From positions 1,856,001-1,920,000 of the forward strand of contig CAXXJJ010000004.1 of assembly GCA_963667015.2 (NCBI GenBank): a DNA stretch of 64,000 nucleotides, given 5' to 3'. Made by a program: the position numbers and the translations under genes. The first letter of the stretch is position 1. Each line of letters starts with the position of its first letter. The DNA comes from Desulfatiglandales bacterium. GTDB lineage: Bacteria > Desulfobacterota > DSM-4660 > Desulfatiglandales > HGW-15. Below, in pieces: positions 52,942 through 62,125 of the stretch. Under the pieces are notes generated by a model that had not been told where the DNA came from, did not search any database, and saw only the letters and a program-made list of their open reading frames with translations.

Positions 52942-54942
52942 CTATGGCGCCATTTCAAGAGGTGTATACACCACTTTACCGGTCTCAGGATCACGAGCAA
53001 AATGCTTCATGAAGTTCCAGGCGATCTCGCCATAATTGGGATACAGCGCATGCGTCAGATTCTCTGTGCACGACACGCTTAGAATTGGGATACCTCCATC
53101 ATTTTTAAAGGACCACAGAAAGCTGCGCCATTCTCCTGCCAGAGTTGTCACATCCATCCGGTCAGCAGAATAACCAATAACAGGATTGGCTGAAAAGTCG
53201 CCGTCATCAGCCAGTTGGATCCGGTTCACCCGGGCAAAGTCGCGCAACTGCCTGAGCGTATTGTCTGCCAGTCGGCCTTCCTGCTGGTTGAAGCCCAGGT
53301 CGAAGGTAGAGGTCAGAATCATGACAGGCATTCCAATCTCCTGCAGCCGGGCATCTTCTTCCGGGGTACTGGAATAGATCAGGTCGTCGTGCATACCGGC
53401 CATGGGAACAGCAGCAGCGATTTTTTCCATGCCGCCATAAACAGCCCGAAGGGTGGCGCCGCCTCCAAGAGAATATCCTGCTGCATATACCCTGGAAGCA
53501 TCCAGCGCTGGAAACTTCTTAAGCATGTGGTCTATCAGCCGTGGCAATGCCTTAACCAGAATCCCCTCGGAGACCGGTGCTCCCATTACGACTCGACTGC
53601 CCTCATGAACGATGACCAGTCCTTCTTCGAAAGGGGCGATCACAGCCACTTTTTCCCGTCCCGCAACCTCTAAAAGGCCAATTTCATCAGCGAACATCAA
53701 AGGATCATCCCCTGTTCCATGCAGCGCCAGAATCAGTGGAACACTTCCCTTAGCTGCCGTCCCATCCAAAACATCCTGCGGAATAAAGTCATACCAGGTT
53801 TGCAGATACTGATCGTATTTAGTCTTCAAGTCGCTGAAAATTTCTTCCTGATGGAAGGAGACGCGAAGCTGGCCCTTTGCCGTAACACCGTTGACAATTG
53901 CATTGCGATTGCACAATGCATACCGGCTGATTTCGGGAGCCTTAACGTAGTCCAGATAGGGCGGTTTTTTCACCGTCTTCTGCGTCATTGAACGAATAAC
54001 AGAAACACGCTGGGCTTGAAGGAAGAGGCTGTGGAAAGCATTCGAAATATAATTTGAGAGATCCGGCTGTTTTTTTTCGGCAACCATCACCCGCCGCAGC
54101 GGAACAGTCTGGTTGTAGAACACCTCAATACCATTTTCAACACGGTATGCGTCTGTTCCGTTGACCTTACGGTACTGCTCAACGGCAGTCTGAGAGCCAT
54201 TGAGAATATAGGCGGGTACATATTTGCTGACCTTCACAGATGTTTCCATTTCACCGCCAATCAGCATCAGGCCGGCACACAGACCAATGCAGTCTTGTCG
54301 GCCTGGCGCGATGTAATTGTTGATGAAAGTCGCACCGCCTTCGATGCCGATAAAATACACCTTGCCGTATGCGCCGCAGTATTCTGCGTCAGAATAGTAT
54401 ATTATTCCTTTTTCGGTCCGTTTAGAAGCCCTCTGAGTAAACAGGACGCTGTGCAGCGTGTAATAGTTTTTTAGATCCGTACTTGTAAAACCGGCGCCGG
54501 GATCAGCGGGCGTTACGAGAATGATGCTTCCGGTCACTGAATTGATTTGCTCAGTCAATCCCAGTTTAGTCAGGAAGCCAAGCGCCTCGTCTTTTCCCTG
54601 GAAGGAGCGTTCGGTAAAAACCACCACGGCAGTATTATTTCGGGCGGCTGTTTGACCCCCGTAGAGATTTGCCGAGCGATATACAAACACGCTTTTCAAA
54701 GGAAATGTTTTTAGAGCGGGATGAGGCTTAAATTGCTTTTCTCCGTTTCCATACAGGGATGCAAGGGCTGCAGGTCCGCTCTGACGCGCTTCTTCAAGAA
54801 GTTCGAATGTCGCCCTGTTGTTTTGACGGTTGAAGTAGTTCATGTAGGAATATGTTTCCTCAGCCCGCGTTGGGCTGAACATACCCATTGCCAGGAAAAT
54901 TATAATGAATAATGCGGTGAATTCAGTAACAGTTTTTCTCAT
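52942..54942 (-). CDS. Secreted two-domain alpha/beta hydrolase (PHB-depolymerase-like C-domain)
   Basis: Signal peptide from MRKTV; PLILALHGTGD, DASRVYAAGYSLGG, LTHA. Confidence 0.7.
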   Translation of the reverse strand: MRKTVTEFTALFIIIFLAMGMFSPTRAEETYSYMNYFNRQNNRATFELLEEARQSGPAALASLYGNGEKQFKPHPALKTFPLKSVFVYRSANLYGGQTAARNNTAVVVFTERSFQGKDEALGFLTKLGLTEQINSVTGSIILVTPADPGAGFTSTDLKNYYTLHSVLFTQRASKRTEKGIIYYSDAEYCGAYGKVYFIGIEGGATFINNYIAPGRQDCIGLCAGLMLIGGEMETSVKVSKYVPAYILNGSQTAVEQYRKVNGTDAYRVENGIEVFYNQTVPLRRVMVAEKKQPDLSNYISNAFHSLFLQAQRVSVIRSMTQKTVKKPPYLDYVKAPEISRYALCNRNAIVNGVTAKGQLRVSFHQEEIFSDLKTKYDQYLQTWYDFIPQDVLDGTAAKGSVPLILALHGTGDDPLMFADEIGLLEVAGREKVAVIAPFEEGLVIVHEGSRVVMGAPVSEGILVKALPRLIDHMLKKFPALDASRVYAAGYSLGGGATLRAVYGGMEKIAAAVPMAGMHDDLIYSSTPEEDARLQEIGMPVMILTSTFDLGFNQQEGRLADNTLRQLRDFARVNRIQLADDGDFSANPVIGYSADRMDVTTLAGEWRSFLWSFKNDGGIPILSVSCTENLTHALYPNYGEIAWNFMKHFARDPETGKVVYTPLEMAP

Positions 54943-54970
54943 AATAACGCTCTCTTTCTTCAACAGTGCA

Positions 54971-56878
54971 CTAATTAACAAAGGGGTTATATACAATTAT
55001 GCCGGTTTCAGGGTTTCTGGAGTAGTGTTTCGCAAAGTTCCAGAAGATGCCCGCGTACTCCTGATAGAGGCCGTGCGGCAGAAATTCGGTGACGTTCAAC
55101 CCCACCATGGGAACTCCATCGCTATTGTTGATCATCCAGGTATGGCTGGCATACTCGTTGTTCAGCATTACCCTCTCATACGCATCGCCCTTGATTCCGC
55201 TCATGGGATAGGCAGCAAAGTCAAACTTAACCGGATCCATCCCGTTGTAGCCAAGGTACTGGTTGATCAACGTCTTATAGTCGAAAGTGATGGACTTCAT
55301 GCCGAAATAGTAGCTTAAGCGCATAGTGAGGGTAGCCTCGTCCATATGAAAATCGTAGGTGGAGGTTGTGAAAAGAATCGGGATATCCGTGTGAGCATAC
55401 TGTTTTACCTGATCCTCCGTTGCAAGATAGGTTACAGCCCCCTGGGGAACAGCGGCAGCAAAGATTCCGGCGTTTCCGCTGAGCGCCGCCATAGTGGCCC
55501 GGCCGCCCATGGAGTAACCGGTGATGTACACGCGCGACGGGTCCAGTGCAGGATACGTGTCCAGCATATACCTGACCAGTCTTGGCAGGACATCACTCAG
55601 GATATTTGTCACATTTGAATGAAAGGGGGCTACAACGGCAATCCGCTTTTCGCCCGCAAGATTAAGCATGCCGATTTCATCAAGATACTGCAGGGGATCG
55701 TCACCGCCGCCATGATTTGCCAGGACAAGCGGTACGGAATGTTTTGGCACCGTGTTGTTCTTTACTTCCTCAGGGAGCAGTTCATACCAGGTATCCAGGT
55801 ATTCGCCGTTTCCCGAAGCCATATCCTTGAAGCGGTCCTCCTGATGCTCCACCACATAGACCCTGTCCGCTGTCACCCCATCCGTGATGGCATTGCGCCT
55901 GCCCAGTGAGTAGGGTGCTGAATTAAAGTTATAGTCTGCATAGGGAGTAGACGCTGTATGGAGATTGGATTTGACGACAGGAACGCGAAATGCTTTGGTA
56001 AACAGCCGATCGTAGGCGTCCCTGACCATGGACGGGATGTCCGGATTGTTCCCGGAAGCTGTGATCACCCTCTGAAGCGGCTGTGCCTGATTAAAATAGT
56101 ACTTCAGGTCCCCCTGCGTACCCCAGGCATCCGTTGCGTTGGCAGCCCGGTATTTCCCAATGACGTCATCGGGCGCGTTTACAAGATAGGAAGGCACAAA
56201 AGAGGCCACTTCACTGATGCGCTCCATATCTCCGCCAACAAGAAGGACGCCGGCAACGCGGGTGATATAGTCGAAGGTGCTGGATATATAATTATTGATG
56301 AACGTGGCCCCGCCGTTCAGGCCTATCAAATAGCGGTTCGTAACGCCGCCGTAATAGGCATTATCGGCATAAGAGGTCATTGTGTTTTTAGTTCTCTTGA
56401 CGTAACCAACATTAAACATGGCGGACTGAAGCTGGTAATAAGCGGTCTGGTCTGCCATGCCGAATCCCTTTTCCTTATCGATTGGCGTAATCAGTATCAC
56501 GCTGCCAAAAGCCTTTCCGATGATGTCGGTCAGGCCAAGACCCTTCAGGAAGGCAAGCGCTTCATCCTTGCTTTCGAAGGACTTGTCCGTATAGACCAGG
56601 ATGTTCGTATTCATACGCGCGGCTGCACTCAGGTTGGTAAACATCCTGGCGGAGCGGTACACAAACGTGGTGCCGACCGGGTAGGCATCAAGGGCGGGAT
56701 CAGGTGCATAGGTACGGCCGGTCAATTTTGCCAGCAAGGCCGGGCCATTGAGGCGAGCCTCCTCAAGGGTTTCAAAACTCGCTTCATTGCTGAAATGCTG
56801 TTGATAGTTCAATGCAGATGCACTACTGCTAAAAAGCAGAAAGAGGCTGAAAAACAGGCAGGCAATTATAGTTTTCAT
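54971..56878 (-). CDS. Secreted two-domain alpha/beta hydrolase, paralog of the 52942 gene
   Basis: Signal peptide; PLVLANHGGGD, DPSRVYITGYSMGG, LPHG; collinear similarity with neighbour. Confidence 0.7.
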   Translation of the reverse strand: MKTIIACLFFSLFLLFSSSASALNYQQHFSNEASFETLEEARLNGPALLAKLTGRTYAPDPALDAYPVGTTFVYRSARMFTNLSAAARMNTNILVYTDKSFESKDEALAFLKGLGLTDIIGKAFGSVILITPIDKEKGFGMADQTAYYQLQSAMFNVGYVKRTKNTMTSYADNAYYGGVTNRYLIGLNGGATFINNYISSTFDYITRVAGVLLVGGDMERISEVASFVPSYLVNAPDDVIGKYRAANATDAWGTQGDLKYYFNQAQPLQRVITASGNNPDIPSMVRDAYDRLFTKAFRVPVVKSNLHTASTPYADYNFNSAPYSLGRRNAITDGVTADRVYVVEHQEDRFKDMASGNGEYLDTWYELLPEEVKNNTVPKHSVPLVLANHGGGDDPLQYLDEIGMLNLAGEKRIAVVAPFHSNVTNILSDVLPRLVRYMLDTYPALDPSRVYITGYSMGGRATMAALSGNAGIFAAAVPQGAVTYLATEDQVKQYAHTDIPILFTTSTYDFHMDEATLTMRLSYYFGMKSITFDYKTLINQYLGYNGMDPVKFDFAAYPMSGIKGDAYERVMLNNEYASHTWMINNSDGVPMVGLNVTEFLPHGLYQEYAGIFWNFAKHYSRNPETGIIVYNPFVN

Positions 56879-56969
56879 TTTACATTTCCATTCTATATGT
56901 CTTGAAGGCAGTATTTATTAATCCGGAAAAGAGATATTGGGTAATACTTAAGACTTTTTTTTTTGTCAA

Positions 56970-58748
56970 CTACATCTCTCCAAATCCCCAAAACGGGTAT
57001 TCCAGTACATAGGTGGCAACCTTACCCGGATTGTTTTCCCGGCTGGCCACCAGATACAAAGAACTCTCTCGCTCTGTTTTTGAGATGGGATCCACGGGGT
57101 CCCAGTCGGGCATCAGGATCATGGCATTATCGGCGCTGTACTCAATATCGCCGGACTCCTTAAAAGACCCGAGATCCGGTTTTTTACTATAACGCCCCTC
57201 TTCGCTCCTCGATAATTCAGAAATCACCAAAAATGCTACATTTTGTTCATCCCGAATGGTTTCTAAATGACGAAGCCATTCGTCAATACCAGTACGTCGT
57301 TCTGAGAGATCCTTAAAGGGCAGTTTATGAAGACTGTCCAGGACCACCAATGTTTCGGATCTATGTGTTTCGTTCTGTAAAAAATCAATGTGCCGCCGCA
57401 TGATATCCGGGCTAAGCTTTCGGTCTGTAACCACCCTGAAGAATGAGAGTATATTCTTGAATTCCGCATGAGCGGCATCAAGCCTGCCTGATTCTTCCGA
57501 ATCCATATCCTGCTGCCTGATTTTTTCTTGTGACAGTCTGCTCAACCGACAAAGGGTTCGAGTGTATATCTTCTGACGGCCGTTTTCAAAATCATAGTAA
57601 ATAACAGGTGTCTTCCGCCTGGCCATCTCGGTGGACAGTTGCATAAAGAAGCATGATTTTCCGGCCTTTGGCGGTCCGCCCATAATATTAATGCCTTGAA
57701 TACCATTCAGAGCCTTGTCCATCTTCTCAAAACCGCAACTCAATCCCAGTAAGGCTCGTCCTTTGCCCCTCTCTAAATATTCTTCAAAAAGTTTCTGCTC
57801 TTTTTCCACGGATGAGAACGGAGAAAAAGATTTAGATCGTTTGATCAATGATGATACAGCAACCCTGAAATCTTTCCCCTTATCTCTGGAGAGCTGGCAG
57901 AGGCTATAGCCCCGCTTCAGATGAGACGGCCACTGAATGATCCGTGCCTTAAAGCCCAATTGTCCTGCCAGAGAACGGGCTGTAACATTGGCCTCAGGAG
58001 AAAGATTGGTCACCAGAAAAATATGATTTAAAAAGGTTAAACGATTCAGATCAATGTTTTCCAGATCCGCAAAGGAAGGAACGGCAATGCCCGGATAGCC
58101 AAGCTCCTTTATGGTCAGAAGATTATTTTCTCCCTCAGTGATAAACAAGGATCCATCTTCACATCGTTCAATCTCGGGGGCATTAAAGATTCGGAATTCA
58201 TGGGAAAAGAATGTCTCATTACCGTGCCAAAAATGATCCTCCTCCTTATTGGGCAGGATACACCGTGCAGAGTAGCACTTTCCATCCTCCTGAAAATAGG
58301 GGTAAACCAGATATCTCCCATTGTAGCCGATGCTCATCTCTTTGATGGCAGGCCTTGAGACCCCGATTTTTTTAAAAAAGGCATACTCCTGCTCCCCCAT
58401 GAGTCCCATAAACTTCCTGATATCTGCAGTGAGGTTGTTTGGTGGAAAAACAATATCCCGAACATAGGGTTCGCGATCCGGATTAAAGCCTAGTACCTTC
58501 TCCGGTTCAATGCCCATAGTTCGGGCAAAATAAGGCGCAAACCCACCGGGCGTGCAACGATTGGAACAACGAAAATACCCCTTAAAAAAACTCTCAGGGT
58601 CCATATAAACAACTATGGTCCCGGGCTTGTGATCGACTTCCGAACTGCAAAGTGGGCAAGGGGCCTTGATCAGTGTCCCTTCATCAATAGCCCCCGGGAT
58701 ATGTTCCAGATAAAATTGTTTAATCTCGTCATTTGATGGCATAGGCAT
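56970..58748 (-). CDS. Zn-finger/Toprim + DnaB-like (SF4) helicase fusion
   Basis: CPLC...CSNRC; FITEGE; GGPPKAGKS, YDFEN, VVLDSLH, ISELSR, FKESGDIEYSAD. Confidence 0.8.
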   Translation of the reverse strand: MPMPSNDEIKQFYLEHIPGAIDEGTLIKAPCPLCSSEVDHKPGTIVVYMDPESFFKGYFRCSNRCTPGGFAPYFARTMGIEPEKVLGFNPDREPYVRDIVFPPNNLTADIRKFMGLMGEQEYAFFKKIGVSRPAIKEMSIGYNGRYLVYPYFQEDGKCYSARCILPNKEEDHFWHGNETFFSHEFRIFNAPEIERCEDGSLFITEGENNLLTIKELGYPGIAVPSFADLENIDLNRLTFLNHIFLVTNLSPEANVTARSLAGQLGFKARIIQWPSHLKRGYSLCQLSRDKGKDFRVAVSSLIKRSKSFSPFSSVEKEQKLFEEYLERGKGRALLGLSCGFEKMDKALNGIQGINIMGGPPKAGKSCFFMQLSTEMARRKTPVIYYDFENGRQKIYTRTLCRLSRLSQEKIRQQDMDSEESGRLDAAHAEFKNILSFFRVVTDRKLSPDIMRRHIDFLQNETHRSETLVVLDSLHKLPFKDLSERRTGIDEWLRHLETIRDEQNVAFLVISELSRSEEGRYSKKPDLGSFKESGDIEYSADNAMILMPDWDPVDPISKTERESSLYLVASRENNPGKVATYVLEYPFWGFGEM

Positions 58749-58834
58749 TGTTTGAAAATTTGATAAGAATTCCCCTTTTGAGGAATGAAGTATATTGAAG
58801 TTGGGCGTTGTATGTCAATGGGAAATAACCCCTC

Positions 58835-58962
58835 CATATTGTACGCACCTTCGTATGCTGGTTTATGAACTTGAATATCTGCTCATTATTATCCCGGCAA
58901 ACATTATTCCCACATCACCAAATTTTGGCGTGTAATGGTAAAACTGTTTGCCCCGGCCTCAT
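58835..58962. repeat. 128-bp direct repeat, copy A (decayed KilA-N-like sequence)
   Basis: Ungapped alignment with 60104-60231, 14 mismatches by manual count. Confidence 0.85.
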
Positions 58963-58987
58963 ATTTTATTTTTAAAAAGAGCAGTAA

Positions 58988-59560
58988 TTACCAGCATGGA
59001 TTTTCAGCAGGACCGATCCATTCTTCATACTGTTCGTTGTATATCAAACGTTTGCTGAACAGCCATTGTCCGTTTACCTTGACCATTTCATCCTCATAGT
59101 GCCCGTAGGAATCGAGTACTGCCTTTCTTTCGGGATTGTTGTTTCCATAGTGGAACCAGTAGGCCCTTCCTGTTGCCCTGTCACCATCTATCTTTATTAC
59201 TATATTTGTAATGTTGTGGCGGCCAGTAGCGGGATACAGTTTCTTTTCCTCTTTTACAACGGGTTTTGATTCGCCTTCGGGAGTCTCCCGGACCATACTT
59301 GCAAGCATTTCTCGAATTTCTTTATGGCCCTGCCATTTCATTCCTACGATATCCACAATACCGTCCTCAGTGAAGCACGATAGATATTTGTCAACATCAT
59401 GAAAATCAAAGGCAAACATGTAACGAGCCTGAAGGTCCTCGATCAGGGCACGTTCTTCAGCATAACTGCTGTCCCCGGGATCGGGAGAAGTGCATGCTGC
59501 AATAGAAATCAGTGATAATCCGGCAACAAAACTCAATAATGCTCTCATTAATATTTTCAT
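58988..59560 (-). CDS. SnoaL/NTF2-like lipoprotein
   Basis: Lipobox IAAC; IEDLQARY..AFD, FTEDG, RHNITN, GHYEDE..K.NGQWLF..R. Confidence 0.85.
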   Translation of the reverse strand: MKILMRALLSFVAGLSLISIAACTSPDPGDSSYAEERALIEDLQARYMFAFDFHDVDKYLSCFTEDGIVDIVGMKWQGHKEIREMLASMVRETPEGESKPVVKEEKKLYPATGRHNITNIVIKIDGDRATGRAYWFHYGNNNPERKAVLDSYGHYEDEMVKVNGQWLFSKRLIYNEQYEEWIGPAENPCW

Positions 59561-59740
59561 TTAGTCCCCTCCTCTTAGATGTGTTTAGCTGTAAGAAATC
59601 CTTATTCATCCGGTACTTCAACTGACCTATGACATTTTAAGATATTCAAGCCTTTTTTTCCAGGCGTCATCTTTCAGGCTTTTAATAAAGCATAAGTGAA
59701 AAGACCTGTTACTTCTTCATACTTTACTGAGAGGAAGTAA

Positions 59741-59855
59741 AGGGTTAAGTCCTTGACTGTAAAATTTTAGTACTATCTCCAGGCGATAAAAATGTCAATG
59801 TCAAGGGCAGACCCCGGATTTTCACTGAATCTGTCAAATGTCAAGACGCGACACC
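59741..59855. repeat. Inverted-repeat element (59741-59817) plus adjacent half element (59832-59855)
   Basis: agggttaagtccttgactgt ... aatgtcaatgtcaagggcagaccccgg; tgtcaaatgtcaagacgcgacacc. Confidence 0.7.
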
Positions 59856-60106
59856 TTTGCTTTTCGAACTAACAAGTATTTCTTGACAGTTGCCTCCGGA
59901 ACCAATTCACCCTCTTCAAAGATCTTTTGAATATGAAGGCTTATGTTTTGCTTTGTTGTTTGGAACAATTCTGCCATCATTTGCTGAGTCAACCAGACAG
60001 TTTCATCTTCCAGGCGCACATCCAGCTTGAGTTTACCATCTTCAGCCTGGTAAACCAGAAATTGTCCTTTTGAATGCAACAAGGCTTGATTTTCCTTTTC
60101 TTTCAT
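59834..60106 (-). pseudogene. Truncated RhuM-family protein
   Basis: FLVYQAEDG..LDVRLEDETVWLTQQMMAELFQTTKQNISLHIQKIFEEGEL; ends inside a repeat element. Confidence 0.8.
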
Positions 60107-60256
60107 ATTGTACGCACCTTCGTATACCGGTTTATGAGCTGGAATATCCGCTCATTATTATCCCGGTAAATATTATTCCCACATCACCTATTTTTGATGT
60201 GCAATGGTAAAACTGTTTGACCCGGACTCATTTTTAAAGGCATCGAATTCGATGCC
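60104..60256 (-). pseudogene. KilA-N-like remnant, including repeat copy B
   Basis: Manual translation GIEFDAFKNESGSNSFTI then stop; contains palindrome aaggcatcgaattcgatgcctt. Confidence 0.55.
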
Positions 60257-60440
60257 TTAAGATCACGCCTGATATCAGTAAACTCGTTTTGTATACTGCT
60301 TATGAATATTTTCAGCCGGGTGGCAGGCATCTGATTATTTTTCCTCGTTTTTTATTTCTGTTTCAATTATATTGTTTAACTCATCCTTGTTACTGAACAG
60401 CCCTGAATCTGTCACATGTCAAGGGCAGACCCGGGATTTT
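60254..60440 (-). pseudogene. Duplicated upstream region and first ~26 codons of the DUF4062 gene
   Basis: Direct repeat of 63488-63674; MPATRLKIFISSIQNEFTDIRRDLKA from ATG at 60330. Confidence 0.9.
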
Positions 60441-60480
60441 CAACGTCCCCATCCCACAATAATGAGAGTACCGCAGCATA

Positions 60481-60509
60481 TTGACATTTAACTTAAAAAA
60501 GATTAATAT
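60481..60509 (+). promoter_or_regulatory. Sigma70-type promoter with no downstream ORF
   Basis: TTGACA-17 bp-TAATAT. Confidence 0.6.
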
Positions 60510-60515
60510 TTCGTT

Positions 60516-60585
60516 ACTCATTTGCCATTCCGCAAGGGTGTAAGAGCTAAAGGAGATGGGTTCGCCGTCTGAGCGAACCTTTTTT
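60516..60585 (+). ncRNA. Candidate ~70-nt small RNA convergent with the DUF3800 gene pair
   Basis: Promoter upstream; GCAA-capped stem-loop; GGTTCGC/GCGAACC terminator with T6 only on + strand. Confidence 0.55.
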
Positions 60586-61108
60586 ATTTTATACGTCTTT
60601 CATATTTTCTCTCAAAATCCTGTCGCTTATATGAGTTATCTATATAAAATGCAGTTATAAGGCGCCGGCTATTATCAGGATATTTTTTCATTATTACTGC
60701 AAAATCAAAGTGTATAAGCCAAAGGTAAGTATGAATATTCAAATCCCCTTCTTCGTAATCCCAGGTCAACATCTCTTCATCTCCTGCCTGCTCTATTAAT
60801 GCTCTTACCCAGGGTAACCGTTCACATCTGCGTAAATCAGGGTATCTTTCCTCGTTAAGATATATTTGATCCGGAGGGTAAAATTTCTTTTTTCGGCGAG
60901 GAATCTTTATCTTTTTTTCTGAACGGGTAGTAAGATGCCAGAATATCTTTTCCCTCCCATCTTCCATTTCCCGGAATATCCAGACGCTATTGTCAAAATA
61001 TCGTAAATTATGATCACGAATATCCCGGCAGAAAATCTCATAGAGCATGTCATAGGTTATATTTGTCCAGGGATCAACACAGACTAATTCCGGCAACCAA
61101 TCAGGCAT
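60584..61108 (-). CDS. Hypothetical protein, BECR/RelE-like nuclease candidate
   Basis: Start MPDWLP overlaps DUF3800 stop (ATGCCTGA); FWHL, PDLRRCERLPW, LITAFY. Confidence 0.6.
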   Translation of the reverse strand: MPDWLPELVCVDPWTNITYDMLYEIFCRDIRDHNLRYFDNSVWIFREMEDGREKIFWHLTTRSEKKIKIPRRKKKFYPPDQIYLNEERYPDLRRCERLPWVRALIEQAGDEEMLTWDYEEGDLNIHTYLWLIHFDFAVIMKKYPDNSRRLITAFYIDNSYKRQDFERKYERRIK

Positions 61109-61820
61109 TTTCAAACCCCGCACTGTCAGGACGCCAGATGCAAATATTAAATTTTTGTTCACCTGGTAGTGTGTTTCGCAACAAACTGAAGCCTGTTCTC
61201 CTTTTTATCAAATCTATAATTTCATTTTTAGCTGCATTACCGGAGAGTCCACGGGCATGATATGAAATAGCCCCTGTAAAAAGGTCAGCCAATTGTAGTA
61301 AACCTATATCATGCGACCGGACGTGCTGGATTCGTTCAATTATGTCTCTGGAGAAATCATAATTTGCATTACATAATACATCCCGAAGTTTAGAGAGTTT
61401 TTTTCTGCTGCGTGAGTCTTTGATATCAACATAGATATGGAACTTTTTTTCAGGGATGATTAAATTCCGCAACAGGTAAAAATACATCTTGTAATACCAT
61501 TCGTCATGTGTCTGGTTATAATTATCATGAGCAAGTATTGATTTATCAGGTATTACCCAGGCTCTGAATCCCATCGAACTCTGATCAAAAAAATAATTTA
61601 CAAGTTCATAATAGAAATCACATTTGCCTGATGATATCTTTGACCATTTTATTTCAAAAAAAGGGGAGAGATTATGCTTGGATTTAAAAGCTGCAATCTC
61701 TCGATTATATATACTGGCCTTGTCTTTATCAGACCAAAGGGCACCTAAAACCATAGCTTTTTGGCCATCATTAGGTAAATGGCAACTCTCATCACAGTAT
61801 ATATTGATTATATTTTCCAT
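61101..61820 (-). CDS. DUF3800 domain protein (RNase H-like fold)
   Basis: IYCDESCHL, EIKWSK, YVD, SH...LQLADLF.GA. Confidence 0.85.
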   Translation of the reverse strand: MENIINIYCDESCHLPNDGQKAMVLGALWSDKDKASIYNREIAAFKSKHNLSPFFEIKWSKISSGKCDFYYELVNYFFDQSSMGFRAWVIPDKSILAHDNYNQTHDEWYYKMYFYLLRNLIIPEKKFHIYVDIKDSRSRKKLSKLRDVLCNANYDFSRDIIERIQHVRSHDIGLLQLADLFTGAISYHARGLSGNAAKNEIIDLIKRRTGFSLLRNTLPGEQKFNICIWRPDSAGFENA

Positions 61821-61872
61821 TCTTGCCCCCTCTACACACCAGCCATTTCCCGGCTCCGACCGGGGAATCTAT

Positions 61873-61917
61873 GTTTTTATTTTTCCATTTCAAGATGAAT
61901 AAGAGCTAATAGGAGAT
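61873..61917 (+). repeat. Second copy of the hairpin + TAAGAGCTAA(T)AGGAGAT motif
   Basis: Aligns with 60517-60557 and also folds into a stem-loop. Confidence 0.55.
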
Positions 61918-62058
61918 CTAACCCCTTTATTCAAACATCGTCTCTCTCTAAAGCCAATTGTCCCCCGATGTGGTGGACAATTAGCGGAATATTTTGTGCC
62001 TCGCCCTGGGGCCTTTGGCCCCTATATGGCCCCTTTAACAACAACTGGTGAATGGTGT

Positions 62059-62125
62059 CATGAGCCCTTTGAGCCCTTTATGAGCCATTTATCATGAGCC
62101 CTTTGAGACCTTTGTGAGACCTTTA
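62059..62125. repeat. Short degenerate tandem repeats (tgagccctt units) over the gene end
   Basis: About six 9-13 bp units spanning the stop codon of the DUF4062 gene. Confidence 0.7.

Noticed and set aside
39935..56905. Long + strand ORFs (e.g. 39935-40669, 47564-48214, 49896-50729, 55958-56905)
   Set aside because: Antisense shadows of well-supported minus-strand genes with no motifs of their own
59674..59720. Minus-strand GLFTYALLKA peptide resembling a caspase-like C-terminus
   Set aside because: Only ~10 residues with no surrounding ORF; may be chance
58835..60231. In-frame TGA in both repeat copies as possible selenocysteine ORF
   Set aside because: No recognisable SECIS or selenoprotein motif; better explained as decayed KilA-N-like sequence
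62059..62125. Possible CRISPR-like array
   Set aside because: Units are 9-13 bp with no spacers, and no cas genes are present
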